Assembly: GCA_051362555.1 (NCBI GenBank)
Contig: CM120643.1
Coordinates: 1,550,001-1,614,000 of the forward strand
Origin: Lingula anatina
Lineage: Eukaryota > Animalia > Brachiopoda
Direction of reading: 5' to 3'
Length of the DNA stretch: 64,000 nucleotides
Shown here: positions 26,100 through 38,375 of the stretch, in pieces
Numbering within the stretch: position 1 is the first letter of the stretch
Layout: each line of letters opens with the position of its first letter
Made by a program: the position numbers and the translations under genes
Notes under the pieces: model-generated
Databases searched by the model: none
What the model was told of the DNA's origin: nothing
What the model saw: only the letters and a program-made list of their open reading frames with translations

Positions 26100-28429
26100 T
26101 AAGTCTTTAATGATTATTTGGACAATATTGATTACCAACTCAGGTTTCTTAAATTTAAACAAAAAAGTTTAGGGAACTAACTCACCTCGTGTTCAGTGCT
26201 CCATAAAGCGAGAATGGTTACAGAAGGCTTATTTTCCATACTATTCTCAGATTTCTACAAACCATAAAAAACACAAAGACTTTTAAAAAATCAGAAAATC
26301 AATGACGTCACCATTAATATTCATTTAATTTTCAATTGGTAGTAATTAGGTCGGGTTCTTTTGAAGGTATTTCAAATTCCATGTCACCTGATTATTTACT
26401 GTACACCCTAAGAATACAGATTGTGGAGTAGGCGAAATGCAATTTCACTTATACTACTCAATCAATATTTTTTTTATCACTTTTATGATTATTCGAGTAA
26501 GAATATGGTTCAGTTTACTATTTTTAGCGTTTTTTCTATTTGAATAATATTTTCTTCACTTTGACGATAGGTCATATTTTCTGTTTCATATTATTCGTTT
26601 ATTAATCTTTATTGTAGTCAGGAATTCACATGAATTCTTTTTATGAAACTAATTTTGTGGTTGTGAAGACTGGTTTTTTCTTGTTTGCTCCTGTGAAGGT
26701 ATTTTTATTTGACTTACATCCCATTATTAGTTACATAGGATATACTAGTAGAGGTTAAAATTCAAATATTGTGTGTATGGGGCCATTTTCAGTTCAATCG
26801 TTTAGCTTTTCTTCATTCATAATAAAGGTTGTAAAAAAGGTAGTAATTACTGACATTATTTTTGAAAAATAAATCATGGAAAAGAGAAGAACATAGCAAC
26901 GTTACTATAAGGGAAATGATAAATAAAATTGAACATAAATATATAGAAATACTTTCACTCCCTCATCCATCCATACACGGTGCATACTACAGGTATATTG
27001 CTTGTTGTGAGCTACATATCGGCAACTATAACATATATAATGAAGCATGACGTCAGTAAATCTCCAATTTTACATGTACAAGTAAAGCGTTTTATTCTGG
27101 ATGATTGCTGCTATGTGTTGTCCAAATTGCTCAGAATGTGGAAAAAGCATAGAACTTGGCACGAATGTTATTTGGACTGTCATTTTCAAGGGTAGTGCCC
27201 TTTTCAAAGTGTTGCTTAGCAATCACTGCTATGGAAGTGAATTACCTAATTAGACCTTTCTTGTCCAGTTTAAATGATTTAGAAATGCTAATAACAAGGT
27301 TTCAGAACTATCACTAGACTATTTTAAGGCAAATAAAACCCAAATTAACCTTAGCCACAGTTGCTAGGCAACATATTACCCTAGCAACAAGCATTAAAAT
27401 TTGCGTTAGTCTATTAAGTAAGGGAAATCTATGAAACTAGCTAGGAACTACACTTCTGAGCAAGATGTTCATATTTTTAATCCAGTATGTTGCCTTTGCA
27501 CATTGTCAGTCTCTACATCTGCTCCTACGTGCACACTTTAGCAAGTCTGGGCAGAACAATAGCTTCTGGCAAATCTGTCCACAAGAGTCCACTGTTCCGC
27601 ACAAGTCCAACCAGTGTGAGCACATGGCACCGTAGTGCTGATTCAGATATGTTCATCTCGCAAGACTACTCTTCTTTTATATTGTTGTAGAGCAGCCTTG
27701 GTGGAAGGAAGATGTGGCATCTTACGGCGTTTGTGTGTGAACAGAAACTTTTGATCTTTATTAATTTACAAAAAGAATTAAAATGAAACCATGAAGGTGT
27801 ATTTAGGTTACTTGCTAGAGAATAGAAATTGATAAAAAAAACAATGTGAAAAAAACTTTTTGGAAATATTGAAAAAAAAATGAGACATATCTTGGAAATC
27901 TGGTCTATGAGAAACCTTTCAGTAAAAGGAAAGTCAACAGTGATTAAACCTTTAGTATCTCTCATCTTAGTGCATATATAAACTCTCCTGCCAGCCCTCC
28001 TCTTTCCATACTTAAAACTTTGCATATTATATTTAACTTTATCAGAAATGGGAAAAGATACAAAATACTGTGACGATGTAGTGCGTTAGTTGAGATTGTT
28101 TTACATTGCTACCGGTAGATGTCTCTATAAGTAAAGTACAGTCCGGTGCGCACGTTTGAATCTCTCCTGCGATTGGTAATTTAAAGGTAAAACTGTTCAC
28201 TGTATAGTTGGTTCTGATTGGTAAACGTGTACTATCTGAACTTGTATATAAGGTGTGACTTGAAATAAATCGGCCTCTTTGGCTCTTTACGGCTCTTGGC
28301 TCCTGTTGGTCAGCTCTTGCCTCTTGGTTCTTTTTTTGGGTATTTCTTGACTCTGAGACACCAGTAAGTACATTGTTATTTGTACCTTCATAAGGCACTC
28401 GGCCGCGAAGGCGTAACAATACAATGAGC

Positions 28430-29640
28430 AAGGATGGCGTCTGATTACAAAAATGGACGGTAAAAGGTAGCTCAAATAAAAAGATTACCAAGGCCCTAAA
28501 ATTAACATGGCTTAAAAGAGATCTTTATGAAGAAAATAAGATTAATAGGAAAGGTTTTTGCCTCCGCCAAGGAGTTTATGCTTTCACCCCTGTTTGTTTG
28601 TTTGTCTGTCTGTCCGTCTGTCTGTCTGTTTGTCATCAACATAACTCAAAAAGTTAAGGATGAATTTCGATGGAATTTTCAGGGTAGGTTAGAAATGGGT
28701 TAACTTAGAAGTGATTAGTTTTTAGCTTTTGGTGGTGATCTGGATCAATAATCAATCAATAATTAATAATAAAAAATGAAAAAAAAAACTAAGTTTTGGA
28801 CCGATTTTGATGAAATTTTCAGGAACTGTCAGAAGTGGTCCAAGGAAAAGATGATTAGTTTTTGGTGGTGATCCGGATCAATAATCAATTAATAATAAAA
28901 AATAAAAAAAAACGAAATTATTATAGAATGAAAATTTAGTGGTGAAACGGCATTGAATGGAGACGTTGTTGCCTTGGCGGAGGTCTGCGCTCCCTGCATT
29001 TCTAGTTTCTCGGTGAAATGTCACAAATCGGGAGTACCAAAAGGTGGAAAAAGGTTAAAAACACTAAAAGCAACTTCTAATCCCTTTGGGCAAAATATTT
29101 TTGGTTCTTTGAGTGAAATTCAGGAAAATCCCAATTTAACCCCAGAGGAAATCCTATCACAACCATCATGTCAAAACTCAAAAAGTAAAAAAAAAATGAA
29201 AAAACTATTTTCCATAGAAGATGGTGTACATCAGTGATATTATAAATGACATTTGAAACTCCCTCTCTCTAGAGGAACTCAACAAAAAAACATTAACACT
29301 AACTTTCTGGGCCAATTCAGTTTCCAAAAGAGCTTACCATCTGAATGGCTATCTCTTCCCGTGGAAGGAAATTACACATAGCATCCCAAGAAATAATTGA
29401 CTCGATTAAACAAGTTACCCAACCATCCAGATATTTTTTCACAAAAAAATCATCCAAAGCCATATAACATCACCAGATAAAGGTGGAAGTGAATGGCAGA
29501 AAAATATTTGAAAAAAGCTTGAGTACTGATAATTAGGAACTAACATTTAAGCCACAGATCACACGAAACTGAAGTCACTCCAATTCAGAATAAATCATAG
29601 AATATTCACTACCTATGCTTATCTTATGAATTTGTGAACT
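28430..29640 (+). mobile_element. Decayed Tx1/L1-clade LINE ORF2 3' fragment
   Basis: Broken-frame motifs ALKLTWLKR, SNPF(W/G)QNIF, EEILSQP, PSEW and QFRINHRIFTT, typical of the L1/Tx1 C-terminal region. Confidence 0.6.
28555..29008 (+). mobile_element. Helentron-associated non-autonomous element (HINE; DINE-1/Pearl-like)
   Basis: Subterminal IR cctccgccaagg / ccttggcggagg, (GTTT)n(GTCT)n microsatellite, internal ~125-bp tandem repeats, short 3' hairpin then CTAG, T-rich insertion site. Confidence 0.8.
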
Positions 29641-30244
29641 TTGCAATATGTACGTGTTTTGGGATTGCCCACATGTACAACATGTTTGGACCTGGATCAT
29701 TTGCATAATTTAGGTGTGGTCATTGAGATTTTTGTATTTGGGTTTGTGCAAGCATACAATATTTTTGTACCTATCTTAATAATTTAGAAATATGTTAGTG
29801 TTATAAAATGTAGAATGGGAACAAAAGGATGAGAAGGAACTGGATGATATGTTAAATGCTACAGAGATATCTGTATATGCTCTTTATATGTATACAGAAA
29901 AAACACATTATTAAATACTTGCTAGGGTATTATGCTTTCTAGCAACTGTTGCAATGGTTGTCTTGGGCTTTTAATGGCTTAAAATAGTAAAGTGATAATT
30001 CTGATGGCTTGAAACATTATTAAAACCCTTTCTAAATATTTTAAACTGGACAAAAAAGGTCCAATTAGCTTGTTACCAAGGTATAACACGTCCTTAGCAA
30101 CGGTTGCTAAACAACGATTTGAAATATTTGGCACCACCCTTGAAAATGATCAGCATAGTCCAAAGAACATTTGTGCCAAGTTTTATGTTTTTTCCACCTT
30201 CTGAGCAATTTTTGCACCATTCATCGAGACTGTTTAATATATTA

Positions 30245-31610
30245 TTGTGGATTTTTATGGAGAGGTATTACGTTCAGTATGTGCATGTATTTGCGCGTTA
30301 CACCGCGCAATTTAGGGAAACAAGACAAATTTGTTTGAGAAAGTATACAGCTATACACATGTAACACAGTTTATGACATTCTTATGTATTATGGTGAAAT
30401 AGTGGCCGCAAGCCCATTTTTCAGCTTGCTAAATTATTCATGGACAGTTGCTACATTCTGATGCTCAGCATTTCTGTAAAAATCTAGTCTTATTGCAAAT
30501 CATCATTAAGAAGATATTTTGATTTATTATACCTCTCACATTCGTCTGAAAATCAACGGAAACATTTGAAGAATTCGCCAAGAGAAGACAGTCAATTTCT
30601 GACAAACTAATACTTGCTTCACAGATTTTATACATCATACATCATAAGAGCAGCATATTACACCAGCACGTACATATATCTGCTGATGAATTTTCTCTCT
30701 GACCACAAATAGGTTAACTCAGTAACAAGTTACTCATATAGCTTAATGCGACACTAAACTGCTATTTTCCATTCTATCTATTGTGTATCTACAACGCGTG
30801 CTCCGCCATAACAGGGTGAATAGCTACGAAATGAAATTTGCTGAATTACCACCTGGGTGGCATGAAACAGAGCCAGTTTGACGTGGCCTGCATACACGTA
30901 TATTTGTTCTTCTATCGGCATTCTACATGTGTTAGTTAGGGGTGTAAATGGTGGAATTTTATGATAAGGTTATCCCACGTTCTGTTTGTGCATGTATTTG
31001 CGCGTTACACCATGCAATTCCCGGGGAAAAAAGACAAGCATGTTTTATTTGTTTGAGAAATTATACAGTTATACACATGCGACACAGTTTATGACAGTCT
31101 TAGTACTATGGTGTAATAGTGGCAGCAAACCCATATTTCAGTTTGCTGAATTATTCATGGAACGTTGCTACAATCTTATGCTCAGCATTTCTGTAAAAAT
31201 CTAGTCTTATCGGAAATCATTTAAAGAAAATATTTTGATTTATTACATCTCTCAAAACCATCTAAACGTCAAGATTTGAAGAATTTACGACGAGAAGACA
31301 GTCGATTTCTGACAAAGTGATACCTGTGTCACAGATATTATACATCATACAATATAACAGCTGCATATTACACCAGCACGTAGCTGCTAATACATCTCAC
31401 TGACCACAAATAGGTTAACCCAGTAACAGGTTACTCATATAGCTTAATACGACACTAAACTGGTATGTTCCATTTCATCTATTCTGCATCTACAGCGAAG
31501 ATCGTGTTTTGCCATAACAGGGGAAATATTCATGAAATGAAATCTGCTAAATGACCACGAGGGTAGTATGAGGCAGAGCAAGTTTGATGTCACCTGTATA
31601 CACATAGATT
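30245..31610 (+). repeat. Two tandem diverged copies of a ~680-bp unit (third copy at 47960-48590)
   Basis: gaagacagtc(a/g)atttctgacaaa..., accacaaataggttaac and other blocks recur at ~30585, ~31295 and ~48265. Confidence 0.8.
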
Positions 31611-32449
31611 CCATCTAAAGTTATGACTGCCGAAGATAATACTGACGTTAAGGGAATTGTGGAACTGACATATAATGTTGAAAAATGTGCTGACCATTAA
31701 ATAAGTTACGGAAATAATGACGTCCACATGTACCACATGTACCTATCATTCATAGACCTTCAGGTAAAACATGTCATGGCAATTTGTCTTGGATAAATAT
31801 ATATTGACTTTTTGCTACTCAGAATTTCCGGGAAAAAGTAAAATGAAGGTGAGTTAATAGGATAGTGTAACTTACTTATCCCTAAAAATCAGAAAAATAC
31901 ACTGCATTCGCACATGAAAAATTCTGATGAATCTACCAGGTGAAAAAAAAACAGTTTTCAGACCAACTCATCAGCTTCACAAGCGACGTCCAAATAGAAG
32001 CCAGCACAGGTAAATTTTTCCTTCTTAAGATATATATGGTTTGGTAAGAAACGAGACACAAACAGTTTGTTTTTAAAATACTGTACCTTACAACAGATTG
32101 TCATAAAAAATAATGAAGGAAAGATAATATTTTGTTAAACTATTGAAATAAATGACCACGAGGAAGGGGTAAGGTATACCAAATTTCATATATTCTGAAT
32201 GAATGTAAATACTAGCTTCTTAATTTATGATAAATGGACACGTTATTTTAATTGTATTTGAAAATATAAACGACAGTGGAAGTTATGACTTGGGATAGTG
32301 CAAATCAAGAGGGAGAAGACAGCTGTAGAAACACTGACAGAAAAAATTGATTGCTTATTTTGAAATTCTAAGTATAAAGAAATTTTTCTGGGGTATTTTA
32401 TAAGTCCGTCACATTCTGGAACAATTTCACACATTAGCATCTGTCTGTG

Positions 32450-33012
32450 AAAATTACTAGGCGTCGGTTATATGCTCAGAGAGTGTACAGTGTCAAGACT
32501 GAAACCTCTTATTTAAACCACATGCACTGAATTTTCGAACCCGGAGCAGCATATTTATTATGGTGTGGGGCTGCATCAGCACCCATGGCGTAGGCAAATT
32601 GATAGTGGTTGATGGAAACATGAATCACTAGAAATATAGCGATGTTTTGGAGTCGGGTTTGCTACCATCTATTACTAACATGTTTGGTGACAGGAATTAT
32701 CCATTTGTTCACCAGGATGACAATGCTCCTTGTCACAGGCCCAGAGCAGTTGGTGATTGGTTTGACCAACAGGGCAATCGCAGGGTGATGTGGCCTGCCC
32801 AGAGTCCGGATGCAAACATAATAGAAAATGTGTGGAATGATATGTCAAAACTTTTTACAAATGCCCGTCTAACCAGCAGAGAAACTCTGTTATATTCAGT
32901 GTTTCATACTTGGGCCAGCATAAGCCCTGAACGCATCAGACATTTATATTAATCCTTGCCTCATAGACTGGCACCTATTATTAGGTCACGTGGCTATGCC
33001 ACTAAGTACTAA
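32450..33012 (+). pseudogene. Tc1-family (DD34E) transposase remnant
   Basis: IMVWGCIS..HQDDNAPCH..WPAQSPDANIIENVW..GYATKY*; 34 residues between the second D and E; two in-frame stops and an internal deletion. Confidence 0.9.
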
Positions 33013-34363
33013 TTTTGGACTTGAAACTGCATATTTTGGTAGAATGTATATTTTGTTCTCATTTTGTGATTTTTTGTGAAATTAGATGTTAATAAAATGA
33101 TACCAGGAGCATATCATTGCACAGCCATTTATCTCACCCATCTCATTTATCTTCCTCTTAATCATTCTTATCTATGAAATGTGATAAAATTTATAACGTA
33201 AAGAGGAAGATGTCTAAGCATATAACTCATACTCTAACTGAACATATGAATGATAAGATGCCTGGAATGTACAGTGTGGAATATACATGGGCATAATAAG
33301 ATTGAAAAATTCAGTCTAACGTAATCTAACCACACAAAAATTTCTGCTTAAGACGGCTGAAACCCGCATTAATTAAGCTAGAATGTCTTCAAAAATACTA
33401 AATATTTCAAACAAAATACTAAATATTTCAGGGTTCTTTGTGGTTTAATTAAGAAAGGCTTCTCGATTTTAGTGGATGGATCGAAGATTTTCTGAAGTCC
33501 CCTGGGGGGGGGGGGGGGGTAGCAACAAGTCATTAATACTCAAAGATTGTTGATGTTGATTGTTGATGTGAGTGGACGGGGACAAAATATGAGCACTTTA
33601 AATGGTCCCCTTGTATGATTATTTTGTTTGATGTCTGCGATGACATTCAGTTTAGAGGTTATAACTCACTGAGCAACAGACTTGTAATGTTGTGAATGAA
33701 ACTGATTGACTGAGAAAGAGAAGACGTGAGAATTGGTCAGCTCAAAGACATTACTTTATCATAGCATGGCGTTGACTGGTAGATTCGAACACCGCAATAA
33801 CATGAAGCAATTTCGCCCAGATCTTACTATTCTGCTCCACACTGGGGCCACAGTTTACAAAATTGCTCTTATGTTCGGAAGTTTCTTTAATATCTAGAAT
33901 AGTATTGTAGTAAATTAGCCATTTACTACTAAAATGTATTGAAATGAAATATTTGAACTACTTTCAGGCCCGTAGGTAGCAATTTCAAAAGGGAGGGCTC
34001 TTTTTTCTGCAAAAAGTGGAACTTTTATCATGAAACCTTCATGAACCTAGAAAACAATATCCAGAGCGGATCTACGGGCCTAAGATTATTTAACTGGCAT
34101 GGCAGAAGATCTCACCTGAAACGAAATGACTTTATAAGACCACCGTAGCATGCTTTGAAATTTACAGTAAAAATACAGTAAGAGAGATGTTAAATAGATC
34201 TCGAGATTCTTCACTCTCTCTCTCTCTTAGTTTCTTTATTCTTTACTTTTATTTGTAAAACCCACAACTCATCTGCATCAACCTATGCACATTGATAGAA
34301 CGAGCATGCGCAGTTTCAGTTTGCCAACGTGGAGAATTGCTGCGTGTCCAACTTTAAAACTTG

Positions 34364-34402
34364 TATAAATAAGAAGAACGTGGCAAAAAAAGCGTCGCAG
34401 TT
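34364..34402 (+). promoter_or_regulatory. Putative core promoter of paralog A (TATA box + Inr-like GCAGTT)
   Basis: TATAAATA at 34364-34371, GCAGTT ~33 bp downstream, ATG 57 bp further on; identical in paralog B. Confidence 0.6.
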
Positions 34403-34458
34403 GCCGTTTCTCCTTCCAGTCTGCAACACATTCAACAAGAAGAGAGATTCTCTTGAAA

Positions 34459-34645
34459 ATGACAGGACAGGAAGGCGTGGCCGTGCTTCTGATCATCGCT
34501 TTGACAACGGTGACACCCGTTACTGGCGCTGGTCCCATCCCTCTTACTCCGGAGGAAGAGGCGCAAAGAGACAATGCTACAGCTGACATGGCTAACCTTC
34601 CACCCGCGCATCAAATGGTACCTGAACTGCCCCCCGGTCCAATAC
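34459..34645 (+). CDS. Paralog A coding exon 1 (signal peptide + acidic/Pro-rich linker)
   Basis: MTGQEGVAVLLIIALTTVTPVTGAGPIPLTPEEEAQRDNATADMANLPPAHQMVPELPPGPI, then donor gtaagt; TATA box ~95 bp upstream. Confidence 0.8.
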
Positions 34646-36283
34646 GTAAGTTACATTTTTCACTAAAATTGCAAACGTGACCGAGTATGAAGACGAAGAT
34701 TTATCGTGTTGAGCTTTAAAGTTCTCAAAAGTGTGTTTTACGTACAATTTACACCACCATTAGCACTTTACGGTGAAGTCGGTTGGATACCACTAGTTTA
34801 CACTCAATGGATGTTCATAATTAAATACTGGAATAGATCAATAACCATGGATAACAATAGACTTACCTAGAGACTGTTTGAGTACTTAGAGCTGACGCAT
34901 GGGGAAATGATCCAATTATACAAGATGTTATGGGGAAAAAAACAATATTCTGAAAAAGCCAATTAGCGCTAAGAATATATGTGCTTTTCGAAAAACACCT
35001 TCAGTTGTGAGTGACATGTTAGGCTGTCTATGGGTAAGACATTAAGAACAGTACTATGCCAATTTAGAAGCGGGATACTGCCGCCGAGGCTTCGTCCCGC
35101 CTTTGCACATTGTGTGATAAGAATATGGTTGAATATGACATTCATTTTGTGTTGGTATGTCCCCTATAAGAGGACATACGATGTAAGTTTCTGGAAGACT
35201 CGGACTGCAATCATGATGACAGGGAAGATTTATCTAAAATATAATATGCTTAATTGTAAATAAACCTAAAATCATGGCAATTTATTTAAAGAACAGATTG
35301 AGATTAAGGTAGTCAGCTCAAGAGTTGAGTGTACCATAATTTATAGTGTTTACTTAGTTATAAATTTCAACCTTAATTATATTTTTTGTTTTGTTTCTGA
35401 TATATGTACAAAGTTCGCTGACTTGCTGGCCCTTGAAGCTGGGTGATTTGTGTACATGTATCTCTACTGTACCACATGTCACGTTAATTAATAAATACTA
35501 TTACTATTCCAAGCAGCACATTGGGGTTGGAAAATTAAAAGAGAGATGCAGGGTAGTTAGCCAAGATTTATGTTGAGACTTTGTAAGATTAAGTAACACG
35601 AAAACTAAGTGAACTTCTGGGTAGGTGTAATATTCCTCTTTTTAATCCTCTTAAATCTGTTAAATGCTAGCAAGGGTGGATCCGTGCAGATGTTCTGTCA
35701 ATGACAGCTTTTGGATATCTCTTTTTTTTGTAATATCGTTTTCAATACTGTTGTTAGTGAACGTAAATACGAAAGGCATTATACCATCGGTTATAAAGCT
35801 TTTTTAGGTTCTTTTTTTCCTTTTTATCAAATTCCTCTTTTGATGTATTATTTCTTGAGTATCGGATGCACTCACCTTTAATGATATAGATCATTTAATG
35901 CTGACCGTGGACCTATTATGGAACATATCCAAATTACCGTTCCTTTATCATTCAAGTTGCCCTTGTCCATTTCAGCGCCAATCCCGGCTTGTGAATGCCA
36001 TGCGCATGGTGATGTCCGCTATGTTACGTGTGATGGGAGAGCCTTCCAATATAACACCCTGCCCTCAGTCGTAGGTATAATGGCAAAGCCTATAGGTGGC
36101 TGGCTATGGTTTATAGCAACGTTACAAGAATTCTTTGATGGCGGTCCGAAGACTCGTCTGTCAGCAGTGAAATTCAAGATCTTTTTTCACTACGTGATCA
36201 TTGAGTACAAAGACACTCCAGATCCAGATGGACTGTACAAAATAACGGTAAGTTTTCTCCTCCACTTCTTTCTCCTCCTTTGG

Positions 36284-36331
<48 letters not shown>

Positions 36332-37760
36332 GCCACTTAGTGTACTGCTCCCTATATGTAAGAACTTTGCCTGCATCCAGTGAGCAATTTAGCTACACAG
36401 AATTTGTACACGTGCTCAATGTGCAGTTTTTATATATGGTTGACAAAAGACGATTTCCAGTGTATTCTTATTACCTCCTACAACAGAGAAGGTAATTTTT
36501 TATGTTTGTCGCTTCGAAATCTTCGACCCAGTTATTTGTCTTGGAAGAGGCTACACTCTTCGATCCTTTACCTCCGACGAGAAGGTTATTTTTTGTTACC
36601 ACTGTTACTTCGGAATGCACCTCATAAGGTATTCTCGACGTACGTTGATCAGTTTTCATGTTTTTGTGTGTGTTGGTTTTCAAGTTTTGAATGTTTGTGT
36701 AGACTTTCTTGTTCACAGTACTGTATGTATGGTTCTGATCGTTTTGTGAAAGACTGGTGAATGAACGTGACCACAAATTCTGGTGATGATACGTATAACC
36801 CAAAGGCCCACTTATACCAGAAAACGTGGCATAAAATGCAGCGAAATTCCAAGTCCCATTACTATCCTGGCACGCATGTGTCTGGGGCACGTGGATGTAT
36901 AAGGTTCGACTCCCGGAATGATAACAAATTTGTCTTTTTTCCTTTATTTTTTTTTTTTTTCAATTATTAGGAGCAAAATATAATCTTTACTCTATTTCTG
37001 TAAATTCATTTATAATTGATCAAGTGTAATGATGACCATAACATTGTCTTCAAATAAGTAAATGTAGAGAGAAATGACATTGCTGCATGCTTTAAATGTT
37101 CTTGTATGGGGGGAGGGGGCAATAGTGGCAGTTCACCACTCAAATGCATACATTTCTTTTGAATTATGCTACTGGTGTGTAGTTCAGCTGACCGCTCTTG
37201 TTTGTTCGATTGACTGTGAAACGCATAAAAAGTAATAAACGAATTTTGATGAAATTTTCGGGACAGATCACAAATGACACGGAGAAGAAATGGTTAGAAT
37301 TTTGCGATGATCGATCGATGAATAATAGTTAATGAATCAATTAATTATATACATATTTTAATGAAATGTACAGGATTGGTAAGAAATTGGCCAACTGCAT
37401 ATTTTTTTTATGAGAGGTCAGAAAATGGATGCAGAAAGAAACGAGAAGACTTGTTGATGATCCATTTAATTAATGGTGTAACTTATGCATATTTCAGAAC
37501 CCAACTAGATAAGATATCCTTGTTCCTACATGGCCATAAAACACTAACATCTGGACAAAACGATAAAGTTTTTGAAATAGTGTCGGATTTCTTAATAAAA
37601 AAATGTCTGAATCTTCCTCCATATCTGTTCTGGTGCCTACCGCTCTCTCCTGATGGCCCATTGCCCCCTCCCCCCCCCTAAAAATACCTTTCCCCCATGC
37701 CCTAGCTGTCCCTCACTCCCCTCTAATGCCATTCATTTCCTCGTCACTGTCTTTCCCTTG

Positions 37761-37799
<39 letters not shown>

Positions 37800-38375
37800 T
37801 AATTTAAAAGGTAAGCATGTAATGACTAGGCAAATTGCCACCTTCAATTATACTGCAACAATATTTAACCTTTTTAAGAATAAAGATGTTTAAAAAAATG
37901 ATTAATGAATTAATTGGTCATTACTTTTTTGTTTGACTTGGCAGAGGTTGGCAGAGGTCCTTTTCTGTTTATACATTTATAAATGTTTATTATCATGATA
38001 AGATATCAATGTCGGGATTTTATCTCATTGCAGGTGGGAGCTGAATTTATACCTGGTCCGCCGCTGTGGGTTGGTTCTGTCAGTCTTGGTCCTGCTGGGG
38101 GGCCGCCTGGTGTATTGTTCGTGGGGAGCGGTTTTCAAATCTCGATTATTCTGGTAGATGGCGATTTGTACATTGAGGTTGGTTCCACGCTCCTACCACC
38201 CGTCCTGTTCGACATTAGGATACGTGTGGCCCGACATTGTCTCCAGATTCACATTCCTCCGATCTGGTCTGGTTTCATGGAAGGGATATGCGGAGATTGG
38301 AACGGAAATCCAGCTAACGATGTTGTCGATTTTGTCGGCCTTCCACAGGTGACACCTGCACCGTTACAAGTTTAA
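34459..38375 (+). CDS. Secreted single VWD-like domain protein, paralog A; join(34459..34645,35976..36247,38034..38375), ~266 aa
   Basis: ATG at 34459 followed by a hydrophobic signal (VAVLLIIALTTV). GT-AG introns with compatible phases: c|gtaagt at 34646 to ttcag| at 35975 (phase 1); acg|gtaagt at 36248 to ttgcag| at 38033 (phase 0). CECHAHGDVRYVTCDG and GICGDWNGNPAND match the VWD end motifs (CxxxGDPHYxTFDG, GLCGNFNG..DD). Same structure in the paralog. Confidence 0.85.
34725..35330 (+). mobile_element. Decayed LINE (CR1/L2-group) 3' fragment in intron 1 of paralog A
   Basis: ALYGEVGW..KYWNR..MDNNRL and RTVLCQFRSGILP motifs of the LINE ORF2 C-terminus. Confidence 0.65.
35976..36247 (+). 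CDS. Paralog A coding exon 2 (N-terminal half of VWD-like domain)
   Basis: Pyrimidine-rich acceptor ..gtccatttcag, 272-nt open frame PIPACECHAHGDVRYVTCDG...GLYKIT, donor gtaagt. Confidence 0.85.
36285..36329. repeat. (CT)n microsatellite in intron 2 of paralog A
   Basis: Directly visible; shorter tract in paralog B at ~53341-53359. Confidence 0.95.
38034..38375 (+). CDS. Paralog A coding exon 3 (C-terminal half of VWD-like domain, stop TAA)
   Basis: Acceptor tctcattgcag, open frame VGAEF...MEGICGDWNGNPANDVV...LQV*. Confidence 0.85.
   Translation: MGAEFIPGPPLWVGSVSLGPAGGPPGVLFVGSGFQISIILVDGDLYIEVGSTLLPPVLFDIRIRVARHCLQIHIPPIWSGFMEGICGDWNGNPANDVVDFVGLPQVTPAPLQV

Larger units (their letters stand above)
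27120..30231. mobile_element. Old foldback DNA element with ~280-bp degenerate TIRs, hosting LINE and HINE insertions
   Basis: 27120-27400 is an imperfect reverse complement of 29915-30231; right terminus ..gagactg resembles Academ-type ends. Confidence 0.55.

Noticed and set aside
27666-28491. 119-aa and 149-aa minus-strand ORFs
   Set aside because: Compositionally biased, no domain, and located inside a decayed transposon nest.
34278-34614. Antisense and alternate-frame ORFs over exon 1 (also 51128-51463)
   Set aside because: Shadows of the GC-richer true exon; starts and lengths are not conserved between paralogs.
36895-36916. ggttcgactccc (tRNA box B-like)
   Set aside because: No cloverleaf can be folded; at most a SINE remnant.
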